This document shows, in pieces, positions 1-13,659 of a stretch of DNA of 64,000 nucleotides. The stretch covers positions 121,086,001 through 121,150,000 of the forward strand of contig OZ024745.1 in assembly GCA_964016885.1 (NCBI GenBank), read 5' to 3'. The notes under the pieces are model-generated. The model saw only the letters and a program-made list of their open reading frames with translations. It did no database searches and was not told the DNA's origin. This DNA is from Eledone cirrhosa. Its lineage: Eukaryota. The position numbers and the translations under genes were made by a program. Position 1 is the stretch's first letter, and each line of letters begins with the position of its first letter.

Positions 1-1100
1 CAGGAACATCTTCCCCTAAGCCCTAATACCCACACTATCCAGGTTCACCACTCTGCCTAGGATCACTCAACCCACCTACAAAAATCTTAACTCATCAGGT
101 ATTACCTTCCCCCTCCAACACCACCACATCTCGATAAGAATCATCATCCTGGTATCTGTCACGCTAACAGAGATCGCTACATTATAACCCCCACACTCAA
201 CCCAGCAACATACCATCCCCTAAAACACTAATACACCAGTTTTAACCCCTCCCTCCTCTTCAGTAACTGTTATCACAGTACCTCCCACGCTAGTGGAGGC
301 CACTACATCATAACTACACTCTATCTAGGATCACCCTCACCCCTAAAATCCTAACAGATTAGTCATAAACTCTCCCCTATAGAGTAGGGAGGGCTGTTCT
401 GATGAGTCAATAACTGAAACTTTCCTAGTGCTGGAAATTATACTAAAAGGGACAAGATGATTCTCCAATTGTGCCAAGGGCACAACAACCTCTCTGGCAT
501 TGAGGATTTACATGATAAACACACCTAGTACATTCTGTTGAGTGGGTGGTGATAGAAAGGGTATCCAACCATAGAAAACTTGCCAAACAAAGGGGCTGGA
601 AGAGCTCTTCAGCTGTATCATAAATATAACCGCCTTAGTGATAGTGATTTACACAATAAACACACTCAGTACACTCTGTAAAAATGGTTGATTGAAAGGA
701 GCTTAACCATAGAAAAACTGCCAAATAAGGGGTCGGGAGGACTCTTCAGCTGTGTCAAAGGCATGATAACTTCCCTTGCACTGGAGCCATGTTAAGCCTG
801 AGAACATTTTATTCTAAACGAGATGCAGGTGCCCGTCCGACCCAAGCATCCGATAAAGGATCACCCTCACCCCTAATTCGTGTAGGACAGTTACATATAT
901 ATGGTCATAAATAAAATGAAATTGAAAAGTACCCAATTCTTTACCAAAATCCGAGGAAGAAGCTATTTAGCCAGTCCCGGTAAAATAGACTCCCAGGCTA
1001 TTTAGCCGGTAAGATTGTTAAAAAACAAGTTAAAATCATTTAGTCATCATCTTATTATAATATTGCTTGTTTCATCCATCCGTAACGTACGTTACGCTTT

Positions 1101-1230
1101 AGTTACATACACACACACACTTCTACTGAGTTACATACTCACACATCTACTGAGTTACATACTCACACATCTACTGAGTTACACACACACACACTTCTAC
1201 TGAGTTACATACACACACATCTATTGAGTT
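1101..1230 (+). repeat. Short tandem repeat, ~22-26-bp unit, about 5 copies
   Basis: ACTGAGTTACATACTCACACATCT variants; a single-unit relative of the flank occurs at about 29760-29832. Confidence 0.8.
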
Positions 1231-1360
1231 CCATGGCTTAAGAATTTTAGCAGAGTCAAATATTTTCGAAATTAGAATTTTAGCAAAAAATTACGACCCG
1301 AGTTAAAGATAGTAGTCACTACCTGGGTTCTAAAACACTATTTATTATTTAGTAGTAAAA

Positions 1361-1578
1361 GGGCGGTGGTTTGGCAGTATCGTAGAGTCGGACACCATGC
1401 TTTGCAGCATAGAGTTACGGCTCTTTATGGTCTGAGTTCAAATCCCCCCGAGGTTAACTTTGCCTTTCATCCATACGGGGTCGATAAAATAAAGCACCAG
1501 TAACGTACTGGGGTCAATTTAATGGACTTTCCCCTTCTCCCAAATTACTGGCCTTGTGCCTATACTAGAAATAATTAT
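1361..1578 (+). mobile_element. tRNA-derived SINE (family 1), representative copy
   Basis: A-box-like TGGCAGTATCG, B-box GAGTTCAAATCC, core GCCTTTCATCC..GGGGTCGATAAAATAAAG.ACCAG, tail GGCCTTGTGCC..(ATT)n; many other copies (about 8060-8235, 19615-19755, 26380-26570, 48430-48575, 55950-56040). Confidence 0.8.
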
Positions 1579-2052
1579 TTAGTGGTAAAATAAGCTTCCG
1601 GGACCTCCTGGCTAGAGTTGCGTCCCTTTAGAGTTTACCAGTAAAATAAGCTTAAAAAGCATGTTTGTCTTTCTTTTCTTAACCGGCTACGTAGCCTATT
1701 CCAAAATCCGAATAATTTATTTGGGATTTTGTTTTGCTTTGTTTTGTTTTTAATTATGAACCATTTTGTAGCCTGCTACTATGCATTTTCAATATCCTGT
1801 GCATGTATATTATGGTACAAACAATGATGTCATTAGTGTAAACAGCATAGTGCTTCTCACGATACACGTTATCTTTTGCTCTGATAGCGGCTCGGTTGTC
1901 CACCACTTTCACATGCCTTTTGTTGGATGTGGTCCTAATCAGTTAATTTACACACATAAAATATACATTCACACGAAGTCCCATGTACGCAGATTTATTA
2001 AAAACAAAGCTTCCGACTTCGGTAAATGAGCTTAATACAGTATACATACATG

Positions 2053-2085
<33 letters not shown>

Positions 2086-3197
2086 GGGTGTGCCGTACTG
2101 CTGCTAGTTGAGTAGATATAAGGAATTCCTGCCCTACCTTCCGGTAGCTTAAAGCTTAATTGTAGGACACCCGCCCGCCACCCACATACATACAATGCGG
2201 CTATATTTAAAAACTAAATACGTACACAATATTTATAATAGTGGTCTGCAGTCAAATATGAGCCCGCGCTCTCAAAACCTATCGAAGCGAATTTATTTAA
2301 TGAGTTAAAAGTAAGTACGTTTTATGTATCACTTCTCTCTTTGATTTCCTCTGACCAAACATGTTCTCGTTTAAGCATAGAATTTAAAAAAAACCTCTCT
2401 CCTATTTCTCCACCGACCCATATATATATATTTTTTTTTTATTTACGATATTTACAAAATTCGTGAAATAAAAAATACAAGTTGAAATTTCCATATTTAG
2501 AAAGGTTTCGAAGTAATTTTATAACAAAATTTCTCCGGATTTCAGTTTTAAACTTCGGACATTACGATTTTTTTTAAGTCCTTCAAAGTTGCAAAAATCT
2601 AAAGTACAACAGCTCCCCACTTTCTGGTTTTGATATGTATAAAATGAGAATAGCGTTAGCTAGTGCCTTTTTGTATATATAAGTTATATTTCGGTTGTAT
2701 ATACGAATGAGTTGTTTGCATTGCATTTACAATAATATTTTCGTCCTTAATAAACAATAGCATTTTAAATTTTCAGATAGTGATATCGCTATTTCTTGGG
2801 GAATTAGATTTTCTAGTCAGTATCATTATCGACAGGGTGCAGCTGTCAACCTTAGTGACAGAAATGTTAGGTAATTAGGAAAGATACTCGTTCAGGCGCC
2901 ACACATTTCCCCCACTTTCCAGAAGTTCAGATGAGTTCTTGGAGAAACCTTATGATAGTTCTTGGTTGTTACAGCACCTCACACACGTTGTCACTCTTAA
3001 TAATGCTGTGAGTGCTTTGTGGTGTCTTAAGAAAGTTTAGTGGGAAACGCCATTCCCAGCTCTGGTGTGTTATTGTGGAAACTCAGTATATTTTTTTTCT
3101 TTCTGACTAATTTTTATTATCAAAAGGTAGTATTTATTTCCCATAATTATGCACAAAAATAACATGTGTGTATATGTGTGTGTGTATATATATATAT

Positions 3198-3460
3198 GGC
3201 ACTACCATGCAGTGAAAGTTTCGTCAACCTTCTCAATCGTAAACATCGTTTATTTCCGTATTACCACGCGTTATTTTAATAAAGCATATCGATGTAAGTG
3301 GAGTTACTTAAATGAAAATATAGGTGGCCTTTAAAAGGGCCAAATTAGAAAACAAGGCATGGTTATCAAATAAATTGGATTTAATCATTTATATTTTCAT
3401 AGTGATGGTTATCAATTTCATGTATAACTTTCACTTGACAGCTAATAGCATGGTAGTGCC
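3198..3460. mobile_element. MITE with 13-bp TIRs inside a (TA)n tract
   Basis: GGCACTACCATGC ... GCATGGTAGTGCC plus inner GTGAAAGTT/AACTTTCAC. Confidence 0.7.
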
Positions 3461-3604
3461 ATATATATATGTATGTAAAAGTTCTATTTAAATTGTTGGA
3501 ATACAACAAGCAAATATTTTTATAACTGATATAAAGCACTCAACAAATATTTGGAGTAAAAATGCGATATTAACAAATGGAAACTATATTTATAAAACCA
3601 TATT

Positions 3605-3669
3605 TATTTCATTATACATATTTCAAGGATACCAAGTTAAATTATGGTGTGCTTTCATCAGATAAAATA
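3605..3669 (-). ncRNA. Minimal type-I hammerhead ribozyme motif (Penelope-like element type)
   Basis: Minus strand TATTTTAT-CTGATGA-AAGCACACCA..TGGTATCCTT-GAAA-TATGTA-TA^ATGAAATA: intact core, 8-bp stem I, imperfect stem II, near-palindromic stem III. Confidence 0.6.
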
Positions 3670-6600
3670 TAATATAGATCAGTTTTATAAATAAATATTG
3701 ACATACCCTTAAAGAATGTAACCATTACTGTTGGAATCTCCCGGATAGTGGAGTTGTAGCTTTAATTATATTATTAGTATTAGATATTTTTAAAATAAGC
3801 CGTTGGGTTACGGAGAAAGAGAAAGATAGAGAAGGAAAGGAAGAGAAAGAGCAGAACAACAGAGAGAGAGAGAGGAGACAGAAAATGAGAGAACGAAAAA
3901 CTCTAAGTCATATCTTGAGTTAACTTAACAATTGAGATGAAATGAATAAATAAAATTAGAAATGTTAATAATCATGAATGGAATATACATATATAATATG
4001 AGAAATTTAACCATTGTTTAAATATGATTAGATGTTTAGTTAATCAGTTAAATATTGAGATCAATATATTAAAAAATTAAGAAATCCATATATTATTAAA
4101 GATCTAAATATTATACAACACGTATACACACGCAAAAATACATACATATAAATATATATACAAACTTATAAAATACATATATATATCTAACTACGTATAT
4201 AATATCTACATACAAAACAAAGGATTCTTTAAGATATAGGAATCTTATAAACTGCTATGATTTAAGATATTAAAGGAAATTTTATGTTATACACACTTTG
4301 TTATTAAACAAATTTTTTTTTATATAAGTTTTATAAGATTACCTGTTATGTATTTATGGCTGTTATTATATGTCTATATGTCACGAATCTTGGGATAATC
4401 ACTATACATAAGTGCAATCGAATTGTATGGATATACACGCACATGTACATACACAATTCCCACATATACACACATACATGTAGATACGCATCACCTATAT
4501 ATATATACGCATCACGTATATATATATACATACAGATAGACATATACGCATATATATATATCGTTAGACGCTAAACTCCGCCAGCTGCAGACAGATATTT
4601 TTCTCCACAATTGATCACCAACAGCAAAGATCAAGTCCAGTCCCGAGCCATCGCTTTGGCTGCCGGCCTCTGCTTCTCTTACCGGCCAACCTTCCATCCA
4701 GGCATAACCTACTCACACCACGAGTTGATCTTTTTATATGACCGTATAGTTTGAGTACTCTTGACTTGACAATTGGTGTAAGTCTGGTATCTGATACAGA
4801 TATGGTCGCTTAGCCGCTTGCCAGTCATAAGTCTCATGGTGTGGTTCTGGAATGTCGAGAGCTTCTGAAGTGACCTCGTTCAATTAACACAACTGGTAGG
4901 ATGTAAGTATCGAAGACCTTAGCCTTCAAATGATAGGAAACTCTTTTTGATGTTAGTACGTCCTTGTTCTTGTTGAAAGCTGCCCAACCTATAGCGATGT
5001 GATACTGTGTAGCAACCATTCCATTGTTTGACAATAGTTTGTGACCGAGATATACAAACTCCGTGTATATATATATATATATCACTATAGGTTGGGCAGC
5101 TTCAACAAGAACAAGCAAGTACCGGTACTAAAGTTTCATTAGGTTATACATCCCAATTCATTCACCCTGTTATATAACGAAAGTCCATATATATGTATTT
5201 ATCGTTGTCGTGGTATATGTATGGCCACTGCTTTCGGTTATTTTTCTTGTGGCGTCACACTTTTTAACTGTTGTTTACTCTGGACGATAAAGTATTATCA
5301 TAACCGCCCTATCAAGTACTTAGTGAATGCCTCAAACAACTTGAATAGTACCTGCTATATGGCAGCTACAACTTCGATTCATACCTAAGGATGCGGGGTC
5401 ATTAGCTTTCGCCATTTTGGAATTTGGTGAAATTCGAACACATTTGTGGGTAGGCGATAAGGCCTGTTCTAGGGTGGTTTGTTAGAGGAAACTCACCAGC
5501 GGAGAAAACATTAATCTACCATGTGCACCTTTATATATCCTTATTTTTTTTTGTGAAGTATTCGATGGTAATTTGGCATAGTTTCTAACTTTGGTTATTT
5601 CTTTTCAATTCCACTTATTTATCGATTTATTTAGACGGTTGTTGTAATGTTTTGATTTGATTATTTCAATGATTCTTTTCTACCTTTACCGTTCAACTTT
5701 GTTTCATAGCCGTTTTTTTTTCCTTTAACCTAATTAGATTATATGCTGCTTTTTGTTTTCACTTGGACTTTATGTTTCTCTGTTATATCTCCACGTGAAA
5801 CACCATAACTATAATATGAAATATCCCTCGTTGGACTCATATTTTTTTTATTTTCTTGGTGGTAGCAAAACACGTGACTGTGTGTGTTGCTGCTGACTCT
5901 TGCAGAGCCCCATGTAAACACGTCCAGTCGGTAAGAAGTTACCACTAAAGGATCTGTGACAGACCGGTTGAAGCACCCCCCCACATGTGTGTATGTTTAT
6001 ATATACACTCTCACGCTCTCTAAAACCATATTCTAAAAATAGAATTTCTTTTATGACTCTTCTAGCGCATCTCCCTTACCATCCTCTGGGGAAACGCCTT
6101 CTCATTCTGTCCGCCGGGGCTGTGGGGAGGCCAGCACGTGGGACCCCATTTGCTCACTATACAGAGAGATGGGGAGAGCGAGAGAGATGGAGGCGATAAC
6201 GGTGGGAGTTCGGCAATTCCGTGTTCGGACACATTGCACCTGTCAAGAGTGTATTTTCATACTTGTGACGAACATTGTGAATTCCTATTTATAGTTTGAA
6301 TCCATACTAATAGCAACCTTCTGTCTACTGTGACAATTTTTAAGTCAACCCTATATTGCCAATCCCATAGAATTTGTCTCTAGCTTACAATTCCCCTCTT
6401 CGCCACCCTCATCCGAACTCTTGGCCTGTCCATTAACACAACTGAGATACAGACATATTTACAGAATATCTCCTTGAAAACAATTTTGTTCTGTGTGAAA
6501 AAACACAACTACCACCACCGCTGCTACTACCATGACTATACTTCTCTCTATATACACAAAAGTTCATTTTTCCAGTCTCCTTCCCAACAAGGAAGATGGA

Positions 6601-6724
6601 AAAAACTTGCCTCAACACTTAATTTCACATCTTTAATGTTTAGTTTTTAATTCTTTTTAATTGTAATACTCAACATTTGATAAGAGGAATTTTAATAATA
6701 CATCGAAACCGGTAATACTTTATA

Positions 6725-7602
6725 TCTATATATATATAAAACCGAGGATGTCTCTGTGTGTGTGAGTTTGAATCCCTAAAACTCAAGAAGCACCCAACCG
6801 ACTGTTTTCAAACTTTACACTTGTAATACTTGTTTCAGGGAGTGTTCTGAGCCAAGAAAATTTCAAATTTTCAATGCCCTAGACGATTTAGCGATCTCTC
6901 TCTATAATTCTTAGTCTTTCTCTTTTTATATAGATACATACATATAACGTCGCGCCCTTATAATATCTGTCTGTATGTCTGTATGTTTGCATTACGTCAC
7001 TTCTCTGAGGATGTCTTTCTGTGTCAGAGTTTGAATCCCTAAAACTCGAGAAGTAGCCAACCGACTTTTTTCAAACTTTACATGTGTATTACTTATGTTT
7101 CAGGGAGTGTTATGCACATAAAAAGATTCAACTTTTTGATCCATTAGGTGAAAAACTGCGTTTTTTAAAGATTTTTAGGGGGTTTTTTTAGTTGTTACGT
7201 CAGACTGATTTCCTTGAAATTGTAATTATGTATTAGTCAGTCTCTTCTTCATACCGTGAGCAAATAAGATCCAACTTTTTATGGCCTAGGGCCCGAATTA
7301 GGTGAAAAACTTCATTTTTTCAGCTTTTTAGGGCTATTTTGAGGCATTACGTCTAGCCCATTTTTCCAAAATTTCAAGGCATATTATGCACATAAAAAAA
7401 ATTCATTTTCTTGATTTCCTAGGTGAAAACCTGCATTTTTCTTGTTTCATCGAGGAAAATCTTAAAGATTATCCAGCCATCAGAGTATTCGGTTTATTTT
7501 CTTTACATATTGTCCAGGCATGCAGTTTTTCCACGATTAGGTCTGTTGGCGGCCTGCGTTCCAAAATACCTTATCCCGTGCAACGCCGGGTACAACTGCT
7601 AG
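6725..7602 (+). mobile_element. Non-autonomous Helitron, full-length copy 1
   Basis: A|TCTATATAT.. 5' end; 3' hairpin CCCGTGCAACGCCGGG then CTAG|T; no TSD; homologous to 15475-16406 and 20224-21519. Confidence 0.85.
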
Positions 7603-8816
7603 TACATTATAAAATTCTTTTTTAAAAGAATTGTCCCTCTTATTTATTTCAATAATGTCACTTTGACGAATCAAAGAAAGGAAGAAAAAAAAGAAAAACA
7701 GACCCTTAAATATATTTTCAGTGCTATTTCCAATCTCTCTCGTGGGAAAAGACACACATAACACGCTACAAGAATTATTACTGGAGTTTTTTTGTTATTG
7801 TCAGTTTGATTTGTTAATTGTATGTGTATTCGTTTTAATTATAAAGAAATTTAAGCCGATTACCTTAATGCTTTCTTAATTTATACGGTTTAAATACAAA
7901 CGAAATCTATTTATATAACTCTATTTTTTTTAAAGAGATTTTTAATCAGCTTTTCCTTCTTCAATTTGCTGTTCTTGTGCCTAAATTAAAAGTCAATATT
8001 GAACCAGAGAAGTTTAGTTTATATAACAATTTCTGACGTTCTTATATTGTAACTTATATTGGAGGGAGGGAAAGTTGATAAAATCAACCCCAGTGTGTTA
8101 CTGGTACTTTATTTTATCAACCCCATAAGGATGAAAGGCAAAGCTAACTTCGGGATTCAAACTCAGAACATAAAGGGACGTAACTATATGCCACAAATCA
8201 TGTCTGACGCTCTACTGATACTGCCAATCCGCTGCCCTTATATTGTAACTTATGTTGGTACCACAAAACATCCAGCCCACACTGTAAAGTAGTTGTGTAG
8301 GTGTCATGACAAAAAGCACCCAGCACACTGTAAATGTGGCTGGCCTTAGGAAGGGCTTCCAGCTGTAGAAAACCAGCCAGAAACAGTCCTATATGAGAGT
8401 GACATGGTCACCCGAACCATCTTGCCTCTAAATGGGACAAACCCGTCATGTTAGTGTGGAAGATGGACATTAAACGATGACGGCGATGATGATGAATGAA
8501 ATGTTCAATTGCATGAAATACAAAATTTACAATAGCATTCTAATTTCACATTTGTTTAAGTACAGTTAGTAAATTTAAATTATTTTTATTTCAATGTTTA
8601 CCTATAATTTACCTTTGATTTCAGGAACGTTGAAATAATAGAAGTTACAATTGGACAATATACCAAGTGGTAGCTGCGGCACCAGTTCCAGTTTATTATT
8701 TGGAAACTTTTGTAGAAAGTGACAAAAAGGAAAAGAAATCAAAACAAACAATAATAATAACCAAATAAATAAAAGAGAAGAAGAAAAAAAAGTGAAATAT
8801 AAGTGGTTGGCTGAGC

Positions 8817-10167
8817 ATGAAGTCCAGTGGTGATACAAGCATTGATATTTCTGATTGTAGTTCTGATTGGAGTTCACTGCCTGATTTAACAGAACCTACA
8901 GATTCACAGAATGATCTGCTTTTGTCTAGATTTCAGCAACCAAATTCTTGTACAGTGTCTAAACTTTCTCCTGACTTGGTAATAGAAATTGATGATGACT
9001 CCAATAGTGAAAATGATATTATTGTGGAAGAGGACATTAATACTGACATCAACAATTCTTCTTACTCTTCCCAACGGAACTATAAAGATGATAAGGACTA
9101 TGTTGCAGAAAAATCAGATGTTGAGGAGATATTTGAAATTAATGTTCCAAGATACAAGAAAGAGAAAAAAAGTTCATTTGTGCCTTATTTATTTCAGTCT
9201 CCTTCAACTGGTATGATAAGATATGGTCAAAGCTTGCAACTTCAGTCTGCATTGTCAATGGAACTAATTTATTCTTACATTGAAGAAGGAACTGCATTTG
9301 CTAATTATACAGCTTATATTACTGATGTTTTATATAGCTGCAAACCTGATGTTTCAATTGTGGAAAAATTATTTAAATTGCTTATGTCAATCAACTGTGA
9401 TAGCTCTTGCAGAACAGATGAATTTATTAGTTTGTCTTATTTTGAAATCTATAGACTTCTGAATGTCATCTGTCATCGTTATCCAGAAACAATCAGGATC
9501 ATCTGGTCTCAGTTTTCAGAGATAGCAATGAAGAAATCAGTACCATTAATTAACTTGTCTTTGGTTGTAGAACTTTCTTTGAGTGTTTTTGAATCAGAAC
9601 TGAATGAAATTGTTTCCTCAAACTTGAATGAAACAAAAAAGTACCAAGTTTATAAAATACTTGCCAATGAAGAAGCTTATTCTTCTGTGAAATATATAAT
9701 AACTATGTTGAAGTATTGTTTTGATATTTTGCAGGTTGAAAATTCTGATGTTTTTGAAATCTTAATTCATAAGTTGCAGAAGTTGTTAGATATTTCTGTA
9801 TATATTAGCAGCAAAAGCATTTCAATGGCTGATCGTATTGCTAAAGATCTTGTCAGTTTTTACAATGAAATTTCTTATTTAAAATATCGTATGAAACTTA
9901 TAAACTCCATCAAATCAGAGTTAATACGATTTAAATTGATAGAAAATATTTTGGTGCTACACTATGATAACATAGCCTTAAAATGGAATGACATACCTAG
10001 TTCTTTTAGTATTCTAGCTGAATGTTTCTTTGAAGCTTTGCCACGGAAATGTCATTTACTAGCTACTAATAATTCCAAAACATTTTCTCACTACCATGAA
10101 CAATCTTGTGAAGAACTTACCATGCTTTTGTATTACATTGTCAACAGCTATATTCTGTATTTGCAAC
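8817..10167 (+). CDS. SIMC1: SIMC1-like (SUMO-interacting motif + Nse5-like helical domain) protein, coding exon 1
   Basis: Acceptor ttgatttcag at 8624; in-frame stop at 8793 precedes ATG 8817; donor C|GTAAGT at 10168 (phase 1). Acidic N-terminus carries SIM-like motifs (SIDISD, LVIEIDDD, DIIVEED). Helical part resembles recalled human SIMC1 segments: EIYRLLNVICHRYP ~ EAYMLLMKIQQLHP; KLQKLLDISV..ADRIA..IKSELIRFKLIE ~ QLQRMLSIAV..SNKIA..MESHLLRCKVLE; SCEELTMLLYYIVNSY ~ TWDELVEHLQFLLSSY. Confidence 0.72.
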
Positions 10168-10193
10168 GTAAGTCACACATTTTTAATGAGTCA

Positions 10194-10470
10194 TCTATAT
10201 ATCTAAAACAGAGAATGTCTGTCTGTCTGTCTGTCTGTCTGTCTGACTCCCTAAAACTCGAGAACCACCCAACCGATTGTTTTTAAACTTTACACATGTA
10301 ATAAGTATGATCCTGTGAGTGTTTCAGGGAGTGTTCTGAGAAAAACAATTTCGAATTTTCAATGCCCTAGGGACGGCATTAGGCGATTTAGCGATCTCTC
10401 TATAATTCTTAGTCTTTCTTTTTAGATAGATACATAGCTACAACGTTGGGCCCTTATAATATCTGTCTGT
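10194..10470 (+). mobile_element. Helitron 5' fragment (same family)
   Basis: A|TCTATATATCTAAAAC..CCCTAAAACTCGAGAA..CAACCG matches the 5' part of the family; 3' part missing. Confidence 0.75.
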
Positions 10471-12394
10471 ATATCTACTGTCTACATTACGATATTATGA
10501 TGCTACCTGTGTGTGTGTGTGTGTGTATATATATGTATATATAGAGTATGTATATATATATAGTGTGTAACGTTTTTTCAAAATATTTACTTCTGCGTTC
10601 AGATGGATTTTTTTTTTAGTTTCAGAAGATCCCGTTAAGGGCCAAAGCAGCGATTCTTTGCTTAAACTTTAATCTGTTATTTTAATATATATATATATAT
10701 ATATATATAATTATATATTCGTGTACAGATATTTTTGCATACACAATAACAAAATATAAACAAACATATTTATTTCACGAGGCTCGATAAGGATAAATAT
10801 ATATCAAATATATAAGAACCCTAGAGCAAATTCCGAGCAATGCTGGGCCATTCTGCTAGTTTTTGCTATTTCTTTATAGTTGTTATTTAGCAACAAGTCA
10901 ATCTGTTTAAGTAGACATGATGTTTCTACCTGTCTTTTTTTTCTAGAATAGTTATGGTATATACTCATGTATAAGTACCCCACCCCCTCTATTTTTTGTC
11001 TGAGAAATGGGCAAAAATCCAAACTCTGTGTATAAGTTGAGGGAGCTAATCAACACACGTGTAGATGGTCTGATTTTGTAAATTCCCACATGTGGAGAAT
11101 ATTTTTATGAAGCTTTAATATTTTGATATTTAAAATGCTTTTAATCTAGCTTTTGTTTCACAATTCCATTACATAATGGATTTTTTTAGCATTTCATCTA
11201 TTTTATAAAGTTTCAACAAGCTTTTTTGATTTTTGTTTACTACCTATTCTGAATATTTTGGTGCCTTTTTTAGGGAGATATTGAAGTTGGTGAAAATCAG
11301 CAAAATATTGACCTTAAATATAAGTCTACCTGCCATTTTATCATTGATTTTCTTTTTTTATCATGTATTTCTTGGCTTATACACAAGTATATCTAGGGCT
11401 ACATTATCCAAGGTGTCGATCCTTTTATAAGAAGGTAGTAATGTGAAGATTCTACATGTGTCCCTTTACTTCCTCTAACTTAGCAACTCAACAGAGATTT
11501 ATATGGGGCACACAAATTTTTTTTTCAGTCATCCCTCCATCAAAGGTGAAGCATTTGCTTTTTCTAATGGCTAGAATATATGTGGCTCGCCACACCAGCA
11601 TACTCATAGATTTCTTCGCTAACTGGAACAGTTGTGCCAACCCATTGTTGAATTAATAGTTGATCATCTGTGAAGCCACTTGTGTTCACAACACTGAGGT
11701 CATCTAATTGAATTGATGATTGCCACATAAACTACTGCTGACTATGAGACAAGCAAGATTTTTTATTGAGGCTTACTCCTCTAGATGAGATCATCTTTGC
11801 CTTTCATCCTTTTGAGGTCGATAAAAAAAAAGTACCAGTCAAGTACAGGGGTTGATTCAAGTGCATATCTCTTTCTCGCTTCTTCTCTTTTACTTTCTAT
11901 CCTTTTCTGGAAGGAATCTGCTGTACTCAAGCCAGGAGAAGGATGGGCTCCACCAAGTTTAAAATGCCCAAGAAACGCTGTATGTCAATATGGCGCCCTT
12001 ACAACTCCCTCAACAGTTATGTGACTATACACGCTATACTCCTCTAGATCCAACCTGTTCTGTTAGACTATCCTCATAGTTGTATCAGAGGCACCTCATG
12101 TAGGATGTGGTTCTTTACCACACAGGTCGGTCTTCAAACTGAGAACCAATGACAATAATTAGTATCCCATCCCCTATCACCCAGAATTATCTCCTCTAAA
12201 ACCCTGACGCACTAGTACAGTACCTCCCACACTGTCAAAGTTCACCCCTCCTCCCGCTCACCACCTCATCAACTTGGCGCACACACCCCTGACATACTCA
12301 CCCCCTCACCTGTAAGATAAAGAGGACTTTTGCAGCTGCCATGAAAAATGCTCACAGTGCACCCTGTAAAGTGGTTGGTTGGTTGTAAACCAAG

Positions 12395-12665
12395 TAATTC
12401 TAGATGGTGTCATACCGAATGATTCAATCAGTAGAAACATTGTCAACTGTTACAAGGGTAAAGGAGATGCACTAGATAGAGGAAACTATAGAGGCATCAA
12501 CTTGATGGACCAAGTCATGAAAAAACAGAAAGAGTTATAGCACAGCTGATTAGGGACCAGATAAATCTGGATGAGATGCGCTTTGGATTTGTACTAGGCA
12601 AAAGCACCACAGATGCTCTCTTCCTGGTGAAGCAGTTACAGGAGAAGTACCTAACTAAAAGTACT
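12395..12665 (+). mobile_element. RTE LINE fragment
   Basis: CYKGKGDALDRGNYRGINLMDQVMK..GKSTTDALFLVKQLQEKYL, same family as above. Confidence 0.8.
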
Positions 12666-13659
12666 GCATATAGCCTCTGATCTTTTCAATACTTTATATA
12701 TATATATATATCGTTATACATTAGGAGAGTCATGCTGTCAATGAAAACACACTAGTTGAGCTATACTTCGGTTTTTATTATTAAGCAGGTAACTAGTTCA
12801 TTGGTTGGTTTAGCAACCAGATAGTTGTTTAATTGATGGAGTGACTAAAAATGTAATTAATTAGGTCACACAATGTGTGATGAAAGAGTTTTTACAATTA
12901 AATAGCCTTTTGGTTGTTAAACCTACTGATGAATGAATTAGTTCATAATAAACTGAAGTAAATAACAGCTAGTGCATGTGCTTTTATTGGCATCATGACC
13001 CTACTAAAGTATAACATCTTTTTCAACATAATATTTCACATCAAGAATCTTTTAAAACAAATACAACAATGAAATGTATATATTATCAGCAACAGTTAAT
13101 ATCCATTTTCCCTACTAACAAGAATTTTACAGGTTATCACAAACCATATTAGTACTAAAGCAGAGCTATAGACCTCAAAGATTGGTTGGTCTCCTTTTCT
13201 CTTAAATACATTCTTGTACTTGACTGAGTGCATTTTACCATGGCACCAGCACTAGGGAGGTTGTCATATCTTTGAAACGGCTGAAGAGTCCTCCCAACCC
13301 TTTGTTTCGCAGGGTTTCTACAGTTGGATGCCTTTCTTGTCATGAACCACTTTACAGAGTGTACTGGGCGCATTTATTGGACAGTTAATCAACACTAGAG
13401 AAGTTGTCATGTTTTTGACACAACAGGAGTTCTGACCTTTTGTTTGGCAAGTTTTCTACAGCAGGATGCTCTTCCTATCACCAACCACTTTACAGAGTAT
13501 ACTGGGTGCATTTATTGTGTAGATAACCAACACCAGAGAGGTTGTTATTCTCTTGAAATAACTGAAAAGTTCTCTTGACTCTTTCTTTTTGGCATGGTTA
13601 CTACAGCAGGATGCTCTTCCTATCGCCAACCACCTTATAGATGTGAATGAAATGACAGT

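Noticed and set aside
1361-1450. tRNA gene candidates with A and B boxes (also 18600, 51438)
   Set aside because: No complete cloverleaf; they continue into SINE core and tail sequence and are multi-copy.
4346-4574. ORFs rich in Y/I/H/T or V/C/Y (also 1015, 1998, 3149, 18304, 61727)
   Set aside because: Translations of (TA)n/(CA)n microsatellite-like DNA.
10168-10286. C-terminal tail of the 489-aa ORF (..MSVCLSVCLSDSLKLENHPTDCF)
   Set aside because: It lies past a GTAAGT donor and is mostly Helitron 5' sequence; the real frame continues at 18026.
13113-13184. Possible extra SIMC1 exon after a perfect TACTAAC and TTTTACAG
   Set aside because: Phase-1 entry hits TAG after six codons and no donor restores the frame; at best a poison exon, unsupported without RNA data.
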